Of a stretch of DNA of 64,000 bases, positions 37,245 through 47,784 are shown piece by piece. Below the pieces are notes generated by a model, which saw only the letters and a program-made list of their open reading frames with translations, was not told the origin of the DNA and searched no databases. The position numbers and the translations under genes were made by a program. Origin of the DNA: Patescibacteria group bacterium (GTDB lineage: Bacteria > Patescibacteriota > Patescibacteriia > UBA11705 > DATKZF01); NCBI GenBank assembly GCA_049319825.1, contig JBMORT010000009.1, positions 131,349 to 195,348 of the forward strand, given 5' to 3'. Positions within the stretch are counted from its first letter, which is position 1; each line of letters starts with the position of its first letter.

Positions 37245-38135
37245 ATGAAAACCTTATCGATTATCATTGTTTCATGGAATGTCAGCGCCTTGCTTATCAG
37301 ATTGATAAAATCCATTTTTGAGTATACGAAGGACATCGATTTTGAAGTGATTATCGTCGATAATAACTCAAAAGACGATACCATCGAGCAGCTGCGGTCA
37401 AAATTCGCCGAAGAGATCGCCAATGAAAAATTAATTATTTTGGATGAAAAAGAAAATCATGGCTTTGCCAAGGGCAATAACCTCGGCGCGGCCAGAGCCA
37501 AAGGAGAAATTCTTTGGTTTTTGAATCCGGACATGGAGTTTATCGAGGACTCGGCTAAAATAATGCTCGAGATATTAAAAAGCGATGATAAAATCGGCGC
37601 GCTGGGCTGCAAACTTCTTTATGAGGATCGCACAGCGCAGCCGACAGTGAAATCTTTTCCGGCGCTGCCGGATCAGGTTTTAATTTTACTTAAGCTTCAT
37701 CATTTGCTTAAAACAAAAAGCTTAAAAAGATATTTGGCAAAATACTTTCGCTATGACCGGCAGCAGGCAGTCGATCAGCTGATGGGCGCGTGCCTGATGA
37801 TAAACAAAGAAATTTTTGAAAAAGTGGGCAAGTGGGATGAGGATTACTGGCTGTGGTGGGAAGATGTTGATTTATGCAAAAAGATAAAAGACGCCGGCTA
37901 TAAAAATGTTTTCACGCCGGCGACCGCCATCATTCACTATGAAGGCAAGTCATTTGAGCAGGTGCCGAGCCTGGATAAGCAAAAGAGATTCAATAGGGGA
38001 ATGAGGATTTATTTTAGAAAGCATCATGGGTTAGGATCATATATCTTTTTGAGCGCTTTGTCTCCAGTCAGCCTGCTTCTCGCTTGGATAACGCAATTAT
38101 TTAAGGTGAAGCCTAAGACTCAGTCAAGGATATAA
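37245..38135 (+). CDS. GT2 glycosyltransferase.
   Basis: 'LSIIIVSWNV', 'FEVIIVDNNSKDDT', 'FLNPDMEF'. Confidence 0.75.
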   Translation: MKTLSIIIVSWNVSALLIRLIKSIFEYTKDIDFEVIIVDNNSKDDTIEQLRSKFAEEIANEKLIILDEKENHGFAKGNNLGAARAKGEILWFLNPDMEFIEDSAKIMLEILKSDDKIGALGCKLLYEDRTAQPTVKSFPALPDQVLILLKLHHLLKTKSLKRYLAKYFRYDRQQAVDQLMGACLMINKEIFEKVGKWDEDYWLWWEDVDLCKKIKDAGYKNVFTPATAIIHYEGKSFEQVPSLDKQKRFNRGMRIYFRKHHGLGSYIFLSALSPVSLLLAWITQLFKVKPKTQSRI

Positions 38136-38276
38136 AGCCTTGTATTGATAGGCCGCCAGTTTTAATCAGATCTCTCGATTCCGCTATGCTCCACTCGAGA
38201 TGACAAATTGGGCGGCCCCTCCTCTTTGCCATTTCGACTAAGCCCGAAGGGCGCATGGAGAAATCTAAATAAGAAT

Positions 38277-39797
38277 ATGCCAAAACTTTTCGATAAAACA
38301 TATTTCACTGCAATCCTACTTTTCATCCTGGTAGAGATTTTATCGTTTTTCGCCTTTTATTTCCAGCTATTCAATACCATCACCTTTATAACGATCCTTG
38401 TTTTAACCGCTATAATAAGCTGGATAAAATATGAGTTCGGCCTTTTTATTTTACTGTCGGAATTGATTGTCGGCTCCAAAGGCTACTTATTTTCGATTCC
38501 GATAACCGATGAAAAAGCATTATCGATCAGGCTGGGGATTTTTCTGGTGATTTTCTTTCTCGGCATTTTCAAAATAATCAAAGATTTGCGTTCTAAAAAT
38601 TCCCGATTCGCATTTTGGCATTCCAAGCTGAGGAATTATTATGTTTTACTGGCAATCGCTTTGGTCTGGGGCGTAATCTGGGCGATTATCAGAAAAATCA
38701 GTTTGACTGACATCTTTTTCGACACCAATGCATATTTATACTTTGCTTTGACGCCGATTTTATACCAGCTGATCATAAAAAGGGAGCAGATTTACGGATT
38801 GCTGAAAGTTTTTCTGGCAGCGATCACTTATATTTGCGTAAAATCAATGTTTCTTTTATTTATTTTCAGCCATTTGGTCAGCTACACCCGGCCGGTTTAC
38901 CAATGGGTCAGAGACAGCGGCTGGGGGGAAGTGACGCTGCTGGCCGGAAATTTTTTCCGCGTATTTTCGCAGTCTCAAATATACGCGCTGATCGGATTTT
39001 TTGTCATATTTAGTTTAATTTTTTTAATAAAAAGAGAAGAAAAAAATCGGAATTTGCTCGGACTGTTTATATTGCTTGCCTTAACTTGTTCCACATTGAT
39101 TTTAAGTCTGTCTCGCAGCTTTTGGCTGGCGGGCGCAGCAGTATATTTGATCGCTTTGCTGATATTACTGTTCAAATTCAGGTATAGCGTTAAACAAACA
39201 ATCAAAATAGCGGCCATTTCAATCGGTATTGCCGCCATAAGCATCGGTTTAATCGCCGGTCTGGTGAAATTCCCCTGGCCGCGGGCGAATGTCGAGCTGC
39301 TGGCGTTGAGTTCACGCTTTCAAATCACGGGCGAGGCGGCCGTGTCATCGAGATGGAGCCAGCTGCCGGCGCTCGCTCAGGCGATTGCCCGGCATCCGGT
39401 CATCGGCTCGGGATTCGGCCAAACCGTTACCTACATTTCGCAAGATCCGCGGGTGCTTGAAGCAAATCCAACAGGTGAGTATACCACTTATGCCTTTGAA
39501 TGGGGCTATCTGGACCAAATTTTAAAATTCGGCCTGGCCGGACTGGCCATTTATCTGCTTTTGATTTATAAAATATGGAAATCAGGCTGGCAGGCCATAA
39601 AAAACCTTGATTTCAATTTTGACAAGGCCTTAATTGTCGGACTTTTACTCGGCCTGCTGGCGCTTTTGGGCACGCATATGTTCAGCCCCTATTTGAATCA
39701 TCCGCTGGGAATCGGCTTTATTATTTTAACGAGCGTATGGGTTGAGCTTTATGCAAATTCAGTCAATCGACAAACAGTCAAATTTAATGATAATTGA
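38277..39797 (+). CDS. O-antigen ligase/polymerase (Wzy_C)-like polytopic membrane protein.
   Basis: ~12 TM helices with a 'LSLSRSFWLAGAAVY' Wzy_C-type motif in a periplasmic loop. ATG at 38277 chosen over the upstream ORF-track start. Confidence 0.5.
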   Translation: MPKLFDKTYFTAILLFILVEILSFFAFYFQLFNTITFITILVLTAIISWIKYEFGLFILLSELIVGSKGYLFSIPITDEKALSIRLGIFLVIFFLGIFKIIKDLRSKNSRFAFWHSKLRNYYVLLAIALVWGVIWAIIRKISLTDIFFDTNAYLYFALTPILYQLIIKREQIYGLLKVFLAAITYICVKSMFLLFIFSHLVSYTRPVYQWVRDSGWGEVTLLAGNFFRVFSQSQIYALIGFFVIFSLIFLIKREEKNRNLLGLFILLALTCSTLILSLSRSFWLAGAAVYLIALLILLFKFRYSVKQTIKIAAISIGIAAISIGLIAGLVKFPWPRANVELLALSSRFQITGEAAVSSRWSQLPALAQAIARHPVIGSGFGQTVTYISQDPRVLEANPTGEYTTYAFEWGYLDQILKFGLAGLAIYLLLIYKIWKSGWQAIKNLDFNFDKALIVGLLLGLLALLGTHMFSPYLNHPLGIGFIILTSVWVELYANSVNRQTVKFNDN

Positions 39798-39859
39798 CTT
39801 TATCATAAATCTCTGTTAATATCATCATAAACTGGAGTAACATTAAAGGGAGGTTTGAG

Positions 39860-40084
39860 ATGGATCCAGTGGACTTTCTGCTGCAGCATCCTGAAGTCTC
39901 CGAAGACGCGTTGAAATTGGTCACCTTGATTGCGTTTGCTTTGACCGTAATCGCGGTCATCATTATGATTTATTGCTATGAGCGTCGGCATCGAAATGAC
40001 AACGGCAATGGCGATGATGACGGTCACAAAGTGATTATTGGAAAAGATCACGACAAGGAAGGGTCGCGACATGTGGGCACTTGA
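39860..40084 (+). CDS. Small membrane protein with a His/Asp-rich tail.
   Basis: GGAGG Shine-Dalgarno sequence 7 nt upstream; one TM helix. Confidence 0.3.
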   Translation: MDPVDFLLQHPEVSEDALKLVTLIAFALTVIAVIIMIYCYERRHRNDNGNGDDDGHKVIIGKDHDKEGSRHVGT

Positions 40085-40247
40085 AGGAATCAGGGATTTT
40101 GATTGGGGTTCAACCATCTTAACATTGATTCTGGTCATTTTATTGGCGGTGGTGTATGTTTTCGTCGGCTCCCTGCTAAACCGCGGTGATCGAAAAGCGG
40201 CCGAGAAGCGGGCGAAAAGAGATGAAATGTCCGACGCGAAATCATAA
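40038..40247 (+). CDS. Small membrane protein.
   Basis: Single TM helix; overlaps the preceding small ORF. Confidence 0.25.
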   Translation: MEKITTRKGRDMWALEGIRDFDWGSTILTLILVILLAVVYVFVGSLLNRGDRKAAEKRAKRDEMSDAKS

Positions 40248-40516
40248 TTTCGCGTTTTTTAATTTAAGAAGGCCAGCCTCCGCTGAAGCTTCGGCTGGTA
40301 AACTTGAGAAGGCGTAGAGGGAGAGAAGGCTGTTGTATAAACCGAATCTCGAATCTCGAATTTCCAAACCACTTTCGAATTTCGACAAAACGAATTTCGA
40401 GGCATCACCCGGCTAATCTTTGCGTTTCTGATCGCCGGATCAGTGGTTTTCTTCAAAAATTTCCAGTGACCCAAAGGCAGCCGGAAGCGGACAAGATAAA
40501 ATTCTTGAAAAAAAGC

Positions 40517-40544
40517 AAAACGCGGAGAAGTATTCGCGTTTTTT
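40517..40544 (+). terminator. Rho-independent terminator inside the 350-bp spacer preceding the defence island.
   Basis: aaaacgcg-(10-nt loop)-cgcgtttttt. Confidence 0.5.
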
Positions 40545-40600
40545 GAGTTGATTTTTGGGGGGAGGGGTGGTAGAATGGGAGTAAATAATGTTAATAAAAT

Positions 40601-41524
40601 ATGCCAATCTTCAAAATTCAAGGAAAACAGCTTTTACCTATAAAAGAATCCAAAATAGATTTAGAAAAAGATTTACAAAAAATAACAGAGGAAAATTTAG
40701 AGGCTGTTTTCGGTCTAAAATTTGTCAGTTCTGAATTCCAGCTAAATAATCTTCGAATTGACACTTTAGCTTTTGATGAAGAAACAAACTCTTTTATAAT
40801 CATTGAATTCAAGAGAGATAGGAGTTTCAGCGTAATTGATCAGGGTTACGCCTACCTGGCCTTAATGTTAAATAACAAAGCGGATTTTATATTGGAGTAT
40901 AATGAAAATTTAAAAGCTAATTTAAAGCGCGAGAATATTGATTGGTCTCAATCCCGCGTTTTGTTTTTGGCCAATTCATTTACCACGTATCAACAAAATG
41001 CAATAAACTTCAAGGATCTACCTATTGAGCTGTGGGAGGTGAAGAGATACGATAATGAAACGATTTTATATAATCAGTTTAGGGCGGCGGATACAAAGGA
41101 GTCAATAAAAACGGTTTCCAAGAGTAAGACTATTGTAGGAGTGAGTAAGGAGGTAAAAGCCAAAACTGTCTATGATCATTTCAATGATAATTGGGTTGAA
41201 ATGAAAGAACTGTTTGAAAAAATTAGAGAAAAAATTTTGGATTTGGATAATAGAATAATAGAAAATCCAAATCCAAATAATTATATTGGATATAAAATTG
41301 GAAATGCCAATATCTGCACAATCCATCCATACAAATCCAAATTGGGCTTCTCATTAGGAAGAGTTGATAAAGAAGATGTTAAAGATCCAGAAAACTGGGT
41401 AAAAAAGGTCCCTTGGAAAAAGTTTAAATGGCCGAAGTTATGCGTTTTTGATATTAATAGCGAAGAAGATATTGATTATGCTATGTTTTTAATTAAGCAG
41501 GTTTATGATAAATTTTATAAATAA
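40601..41524 (+). CDS. PD-(D/E)XK nuclease-fold protein (NucS/DUF4263-like N-terminal core) with an uncharacterised C-terminal domain. Its stop is 4 nt before the mod start.
   Basis: 'NLRIDTLAFDEETNSFIIIEFKRD...VIDQGYAYL' matches the D...(D/E)-x-K plus downstream Q/Y pattern of restriction-endonuclease-like folds. Confidence 0.5.
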   Translation: MPIFKIQGKQLLPIKESKIDLEKDLQKITEENLEAVFGLKFVSSEFQLNNLRIDTLAFDEETNSFIIIEFKRDRSFSVIDQGYAYLALMLNNKADFILEYNENLKANLKRENIDWSQSRVLFLANSFTTYQQNAINFKDLPIELWEVKRYDNETILYNQFRAADTKESIKTVSKSKTIVGVSKEVKAKTVYDHFNDNWVEMKELFEKIREKILDLDNRIIENPNPNNYIGYKIGNANICTIHPYKSKLGFSLGRVDKEDVKDPENWVKKVPWKKFKWPKLCVFDINSEEDIDYAMFLIKQVYDKFYK

Positions 41525-41527
41525 TAT

Positions 41528-43492
41528 ATGAATGAAAATTTTTATACCAAACTAGAAAAACTTCTAAAAAAAGACAATCGCTTTATTGATCAAGATGGAG
41601 ATTTATTAAAAAGCGAAGTGATTGATAAAGCGTATAAAGTTGATGAAAAATTAATTGAGTTTTTGATTTCTGATAAAGATGTTAAAAACAAATTTTTCAG
41701 TAAAATCAAAGATGTTCATGTCTTCAATATCAATGATTTTGTGTCTTATATTCAGGACAAGCATTTCTTAAATGATTCTTACACCAAATACAAAAACAAA
41801 ATCGGTTTAACAATAGATGGCAAGTTTCTAAAAGAGCGCGATGAAGTGGCTCTTGTTTGGCCTTTCAAGGATTGCGTGCTTGAAGGTGGCATGACTAAAG
41901 AAGATCAGAAGCGAAAAGAAATATTTTTCAATGAAATTTTAGCGCAGGATGAAATCGATAAATTGTTGGCGCCAAAGGTTTTAACTAACTGGAAAAGATA
42001 TACGCAGGATGGGGAGAAGGAGGTTAAGGAGTTGAAGAGGGATAAGGATGGCACAATTAATGAGAATTTAATTATCAAAGGCAATAATCTTTTGGCTTTG
42101 CATTCATTAAAACAGGAGTTTCAGGGAAAAGTGAAATTGATCTATATTGATCCGCCGTATAATACAGGAGGAGGTGATGAAACGTTTACTTATAACAATA
42201 ACTTTAAGCATTCAACATGGTTAACATTTATGAAAAATAGATTGGAAATTGCAAGAAACTTTTTAACCGAAAATGGTTTTATTTCAATTGCAATTGACCA
42301 TTATGAGATGTTTTACCTAGGTGCTTTATGTGATGAAATATATGGAAGAGAAAATAGACTTGGTGTGATTTCGGTTGTTCATAATGCCGCTGGTAGAAGT
42401 GATGATAAATTTTTTGCAACTTCCAATGAGTATATGTTTGTGTATGCTAAAAATTGGCAAAAATGCGTGTTAAAGAATTTTGAAATAGGGGAAAAACAAT
42501 TAAAAACTTTTAAATATAATGATGATATTTCTAAATATAGATTAATTCCATTAATTAAAAGTGGTGTCGCCTCAACAAGAAATGCACGTCCCAAACAGTT
42601 TTATCCTATTTATATTAACAAAAAGTTGGATAAGGTGTATCTATCAAAAAATAAAAATTATGTTGAGGTATTACCAATAGATAAAAATGGAATTGAAAGA
42701 GTATGGAGAAACAGCCCAGCTCGATTAAGTGAGAAAATAAAGAATAATGAAATTGTTATTAAGAAGGATGCAAATGATAAGATAGTAATTTATTATAAAC
42801 ATCGAATTACAGATTATAAAGGTGTAAAGCCGAAAACGCATTGGGAAGATCCCAAGTATAATGCCTCTACATATGGAACGAAATTACTGGCTAATTTAAT
42901 CGGTGAAGGAAATGTAAGTTTTCCAAAATCGATTTATACCGTAATAGATCTACTTAAAATAACAACAGATAAACAGGATTTGATTCTAGATTTTTTTTCT
43001 GGGAGTGCTACAACAGCCCATGCAGTTTTAGAATTAAATAAAATAGATAATGGAAATAGAAAATATATTTTAATCGAACAATTAGAGCGTCATTTAGATA
43101 CAGGTATAAAAAGAATTGTTGAAGTAATGAAAAAGTTTAACAAAGAAAAAACTTTATTCAATAAAAAATCGTTGGATTTTATTTACTGCGAATTAATGAA
43201 ATACAATGAGGCATTCATAGATAATATTCAAACAGCCAAAGACGCCAACGAATTATTAAAAATCTGGGGAGAAATGAAAGAAAAAAGTTTTTTGAATTAC
43301 AATGTGGATTTGAAAAGGTTTGATGAGACTATTGATGAATTTAAAAAATGTTCATTGAATAAGCAGAAAGAAGTTTTATTGGAAATACTAAATAAAAATC
43401 AACTTTATGTGAATTTGAGTGAGATGGGGGATGGGGAGTTTAAAGTTACGCAGGGGGATAGGGGGATGAATGAGGAGTTTTATAGAAAATAG
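41528..43492 (+). CDS. mod: Type III restriction-modification Mod subunit (N6-adenine DNA methyltransferase).
   Basis: 'LIYIDPPYNTGG' (motif IV DPPY), upstream SAM-binding region, long C-terminal target-recognition region. Confidence 0.85.
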   Translation: MNENFYTKLEKLLKKDNRFIDQDGDLLKSEVIDKAYKVDEKLIEFLISDKDVKNKFFSKIKDVHVFNINDFVSYIQDKHFLNDSYTKYKNKIGLTIDGKFLKERDEVALVWPFKDCVLEGGMTKEDQKRKEIFFNEILAQDEIDKLLAPKVLTNWKRYTQDGEKEVKELKRDKDGTINENLIIKGNNLLALHSLKQEFQGKVKLIYIDPPYNTGGGDETFTYNNNFKHSTWLTFMKNRLEIARNFLTENGFISIAIDHYEMFYLGALCDEIYGRENRLGVISVVHNAAGRSDDKFFATSNEYMFVYAKNWQKCVLKNFEIGEKQLKTFKYNDDISKYRLIPLIKSGVASTRNARPKQFYPIYINKKLDKVYLSKNKNYVEVLPIDKNGIERVWRNSPARLSEKIKNNEIVIKKDANDKIVIYYKHRITDYKGVKPKTHWEDPKYNASTYGTKLLANLIGEGNVSFPKSIYTVIDLLKITTDKQDLILDFFSGSATTAHAVLELNKIDNGNRKYILIEQLERHLDTGIKRIVEVMKKFNKEKTLFNKKSLDFIYCELMKYNEAFIDNIQTAKDANELLKIWGEMKEKSFLNYNVDLKRFDETIDEFKKCSLNKQKEVLLEILNKNQLYVNLSEMGDGEFKVTQGDRGMNEEFYRK

Positions 43493-44326
43493 AAATTATA
43501 TGCAATTTGCAAGAAAAACAATAAATTTTCTTACAAATATTATTACAGGAAAAGATGGTGACGATCCTCGCTTTCCGCGATACAAAAAAGGTCACGAACT
43601 TGTTAGATTCTTTAATGACTTTGGGTTTAATGATATATATGGAAAAAGCTTTTCTTCAAGATGGCAATACACTGAACAAAGACTACTGGAATTGAATAAT
43701 AATAATCAAATTGAAAAAGCAGTTGAACATTTCTTAAATCCAATAAATTTCGTGAATGATAATGAATTACTAAATTTATGGATTCAAGAATTGAATGAGT
43801 ATTTAGTTTATGATAATTATCAAATAAAAATAGAAAATAAAAAAATAAAAATTTTTTCAACTGGTGATACAAAAATACATATTGATAGTACACCACAAAT
43901 CGATAATGATTTTGTAAAGGAAAATATTGAAAAGTGTGACGATAAAATTGGCAGAAATGATTTTTCTGGTGCTATTACAAACGCCAGGGCCCTTTTAGAA
44001 GATGTCATGATTTATTTATACAACGAAATAACTAATACAGAATTTAAATATAATGGTGATTTGCCAGCTTTATACAAAAAATTGAGTAAAAATTAAATTT
44101 ACATCCTGAAAATATTGCGAATAATGATTTAAAAAGTGTTTTATCTGGATTGTTTTCTATTATTAATGGGATTTCAGGTTTTTCTAATACGGTTAGCGAT
44201 AGGCATGGTAAAACATCTAAATTACATAAACCGGATAAGCATCATGCGGTTTTGGCAGTAAATACAGCAAAGACCATGTCTGAGTTTTTAATCAATTCAT
44301 ACGAAAAACAATATCAGCGAAATTGA
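43470..44326 (+). pseudogene. AbiJ-like abortive-infection (HEPN/Abi_C) gene, interrupted. The 208-codon N-terminal part ends at TAA 44094-44096 and the Abi_C-like C-terminal part continues in another frame (44099-44326).
   Basis: The C-terminal fragment translates 'LKSVLSGLFSIINGISGFSNTVSDRHGKTSKLHKPDKHHA', an Abi_C-type R/N...S-D-x-H motif. The frames are offset by one nucleotide across the stop. Confidence 0.45.
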
Positions 44327-44450
44327 TATACAAAATATTATAAATGAAAATCCATGGATAATAGACATTTTTTTTGCTTTTATTGCTGCAATAATTGCAC
44401 TTGTATTAGAAGGGAATTTCCATTATTTAGGTGAAATTTTTGGACGATTA

Positions 44451-45227
44451 TTGTCATACTGGCGCAATTTGCGAGATAAATATTTAACTTTTACATTTAC
44501 ATATAAGATTGGTATTTTTAATCAAATTGAATGGATTGAAGATAAGGAAGTTAATAGGTCATGGACAGATATAGCACCAAGCCAATGGAAAAAAATATTC
44601 GCTGAGGGGAATTTGAATAGGGGTAGAATTAAATTTAAAAATAGGATGAAATTGCTCTTTATAAATTCATATAGTGTTATTTTAAATCCCTATGGAGGAG
44701 TATATCCAGAAAATAATCTTGGAAAAAACGAAACGTTAAATAAGATATTTAGGTATGTTAAAAATGGAGGCATTTTTGTTAATGTTGCCGATGTGCCAGG
44801 ATATTATGCATATAACAATAAATCAAAAAGAAAAATTGAAACAGGCTTGGCTCTCTATGATCCATTTCGTCTAGATGAAATAATTTCTTTTAATTCAGTA
44901 CCATTTATCAAGGAATTATGTCTAAAGATAATTGGAACATATATAGAGGTAGAACATAATGGAAAATTAAAATTGATTCCATTTAAAGATGAGGATTTTG
45001 AAATTGAAATAGAAAGAGCTGTTAAATCCTCAAATAACACTGACGCAATATATAAATGGATTGATTTCAATGGAGAAAAAATCACTGCGTTTTTTATAGC
45101 CCAATATGGCAAAGGTTATTTTATCATTTCGTTATTAAAGTTAAATACGGAGAAAAACAAGGAAATATCACAAAAAATTATCGAAAACATTAAAATATAT
45201 TTAAAAATTATTAATAGAAAAACATAA
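44451..45227 (+). CDS. Hypothetical protein between mod and res (TTG start). The in-frame upstream sequence is open back to 44292 and encodes a TM-like segment with no ATG/GTG/TTG.
   Basis: Intact 258-codon ORF with no recognisable motif. The upstream open frame overlaps the end of the Abi_C fragment. Confidence 0.35.
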   Translation: MSYWRNLRDKYLTFTFTYKIGIFNQIEWIEDKEVNRSWTDIAPSQWKKIFAEGNLNRGRIKFKNRMKLLFINSYSVILNPYGGVYPENNLGKNETLNKIFRYVKNGGIFVNVADVPGYYAYNNKSKRKIETGLALYDPFRLDEIISFNSVPFIKELCLKIIGTYIEVEHNGKLKLIPFKDEDFEIEIERAVKSSNNTDAIYKWIDFNGEKITAFFIAQYGKGYFIISLLKLNTEKNKEISQKIIENIKIYLKIINRKT

Positions 45228-45228
45228 A

Positions 45229-47784
45229 ATGTCAGATAAATTTTTATACGAAGATTATGATGCTATTGTTAGGCATGGATTTCTTAATACAAAAATCCCT
45301 GATTTTATTGTTGAAAATTTAAATCCAGATTTTAAGTTGAGGGATTATCAAATTGAAGCATTTGCCAGATTTTTAAATTATCAAAGTTACGAAACTCCCG
45401 AAAGAACGAACACTCATCTCCTCTTCAACATGGCCACCGGCTCTGGCAAAACATTAATCATGGCCGGATTGATTTTGTATTTATATGAGCAGGGATATCG
45501 GAATTTTTTATTTTTTGTAAATTCTACCAATATCATTGAGAAGACCAAAGATAATTTTTTAAATAACCTTTCAAATAAATATTTATTCAATCAAAAAATA
45601 TTTTTCAGAAATAAGCAGGTTAAAATTAATAAAGTTGATAATTTTGACGGTGTCAGCGACAAGGATATTAATATATGCTTTACCACCATGCAAAAACTCC
45701 ACGGTGATCTGCATAATGAAAAGGAAAATTCTATTACCATTGAAGATTTTAAAGATCATAAGATTGTTTTAATTTCAGACGAAGCTCATCATGGCCAAGT
45801 CCAAACTAAAAATATACAAAAAGAAATATTTGAAAAACCGAATTGGGAAAATACAGTAATAAAAATATTTACTCAAAGTCCGGAAAATATTCTATTAGAA
45901 TTCACTGCAACCGTAGATTACCAAGATAAGAATATTGTTGAAAAATATCGAGATAAAATTATTTTCAGATATGAATTAAAGGAATTCAGAGATGCGGGAT
46001 ATTCAAAGGATGTTGAACTATTGCATACGGATACGGATAGGCCGGATCGAATTTTACAAGCAATTATTTTAAGTCAATATCGTCAAGAAGTATCCAGTAA
46101 GCATGGGATATATCTAAAACCAGTCATTTTATTCAAAGCCCAAAATACCATCGCTCAATCTGAAGAAAATAAAAAGCTTTTTCATGAAATTATTGATAAT
46201 TTATCCGTTAAAGACATTGATAAAATTAGAAAACAAACTGATGTTGAGGTCTTACAAAAAGCTTTTCAGTTTTTTAAGAATAATAAAATCACCGATTCAA
46301 TTTTAGTTAAAAAATTAAGAGACGGATTCGCAGAAAACAAATGCTTAAGTGTTAATGAAGAAAGAGAAAAAGAAGAATATCAGCTGTTGCTTAATTCTCT
46401 TGAAGATAAAAATAATCAGATCAGAGCTATTTTTGCTGTCCAAAAATTAAATGAGGGCTGGGATGTGCTTAATTTATTCGATATTGTTCGGCTATATGAA
46501 ACCCGCGACGGCAAAGCAAATAAACCAGGTAAAACCACTATCTCAGAGGCTCAGCTGATTGGCAGAGGCGCTCGTTACTGGCCATTTGCTTTGAATGATG
46601 AACAAGATAAATATAAAAGGAAATATGATGAAGATTTAAAAAATGAATTAAGAATTCTGGAAGAATTGCATTATCATACTCATCATGAGGTAAGATATAT
46701 AAGTGAAATAAGAACAGCATTGAAAGAAAAAGGTCTTATTGATGAAAATGAAATTGAGGTTGAATTAAAATTAAAAGAAATTTTCAAAAATTCAGATTTT
46801 TATAAAAAAGGAATTGTTTATGATAATGAAAGAAGGAAAAGAAGCTATGAAAAAGTGAAAAAGATTGAAGATCTAGGTGTAACTAAGAAAAATATTACTT
46901 ATAATGTCTTAACCGGAGCTGGCAAAGAAGTAAAAGTCTTTGACGATGAAAAAAAAGAGATAAAAGATTTAAAAAAATCTTCAAAAGATATTAGTTTAAC
47001 TGAAATTCAACCTCATGTTATAAAAAATGCTTTGGCTAGAAATGAATTTTTTACTTTCGAGTCTTTGAATCACTATTTTCCTGAATTAAAGTCTATCAAT
47101 GAATTTATTGATAAGGAAATGAGCAAGTTAAACATTACTTTTCGAGGAAAAGACTTAGACAATTTAAGTAATACTAATAAATTTCATGCCGTTTTAGCAT
47201 TGTTGGAACAGATTGAAAAGGAGATTAAAGAAAATTTGACTGAATATGTGGGGACAAAATTTGAACCGAAGCAAATTAATACTGTTTTTTCCGATAAAAA
47301 AATTAAGATTAAAAAAGATTCTGAAAAATTAGATGGCCAAAAAGATTTAGTCGCTGATAAGGATTGGTATGCTTTTGATGCGAATTATGGGACTAGTGAA
47401 GAAAAGGATTTAGTTGTTTTTATGAATAATCATCTTACTGAGTTAAAGAAACATTTTAAGGAAGCTTATTTGATTAGAAATGAAAGGCAATTGAAATTAT
47501 TTAATTTTAATGACGGGCAAACATTTGAACCTGACTTTTTGCTATTTTTACTTGATAAAAATGAAAAAGGTATAACATATCAATTATTTATAGAACCAAA
47601 AGGCGAACATTTAAAAGAGCATGATCAATGGAAAGAAGATTTTTTAAAGGAAATTACAGAAAAGTATAAAGGAAAAGTTTTGACTTTTACAAAAACCAAG
47701 AAATATAAAATAATTGGCCTGCCATTTTATAATAGTGCGAATGAAAACGAATTTAAGGAACATTTATTTACTTCTATTCAATAA
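45229..47784 (+). CDS. res: Type III restriction enzyme Res subunit (SF2 helicase + C-terminal nuclease).
   Basis: Motif I 'NMATGSGKTLIMAG', motif II 'LISDEAHHG', motif VI-like 'QLIGRGAR'. C-terminal 'LFIEPKGEH' PD-(D/E)XK-like. Confidence 0.8.
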   Translation: MSDKFLYEDYDAIVRHGFLNTKIPDFIVENLNPDFKLRDYQIEAFARFLNYQSYETPERTNTHLLFNMATGSGKTLIMAGLILYLYEQGYRNFLFFVNSTNIIEKTKDNFLNNLSNKYLFNQKIFFRNKQVKINKVDNFDGVSDKDINICFTTMQKLHGDLHNEKENSITIEDFKDHKIVLISDEAHHGQVQTKNIQKEIFEKPNWENTVIKIFTQSPENILLEFTATVDYQDKNIVEKYRDKIIFRYELKEFRDAGYSKDVELLHTDTDRPDRILQAIILSQYRQEVSSKHGIYLKPVILFKAQNTIAQSEENKKLFHEIIDNLSVKDIDKIRKQTDVEVLQKAFQFFKNNKITDSILVKKLRDGFAENKCLSVNEEREKEEYQLLLNSLEDKNNQIRAIFAVQKLNEGWDVLNLFDIVRLYETRDGKANKPGKTTISEAQLIGRGARYWPFALNDEQDKYKRKYDEDLKNELRILEELHYHTHHEVRYISEIRTALKEKGLIDENEIEVELKLKEIFKNSDFYKKGIVYDNERRKRSYEKVKKIEDLGVTKKNITYNVLTGAGKEVKVFDDEKKEIKDLKKSSKDISLTEIQPHVIKNALARNEFFTFESLNHYFPELKSINEFIDKEMSKLNITFRGKDLDNLSNTNKFHAVLALLEQIEKEIKENLTEYVGTKFEPKQINTVFSDKKIKIKKDSEKLDGQKDLVADKDWYAFDANYGTSEEKDLVVFMNNHLTELKKHFKEAYLIRNERQLKLFNFNDGQTFEPDFLLFLLDKNEKGITYQLFIEPKGEHLKEHDQWKEDFLKEITEKYKGKVLTFTKTKKYKIIGLPFYNSANENEFKEHLFTSIQ

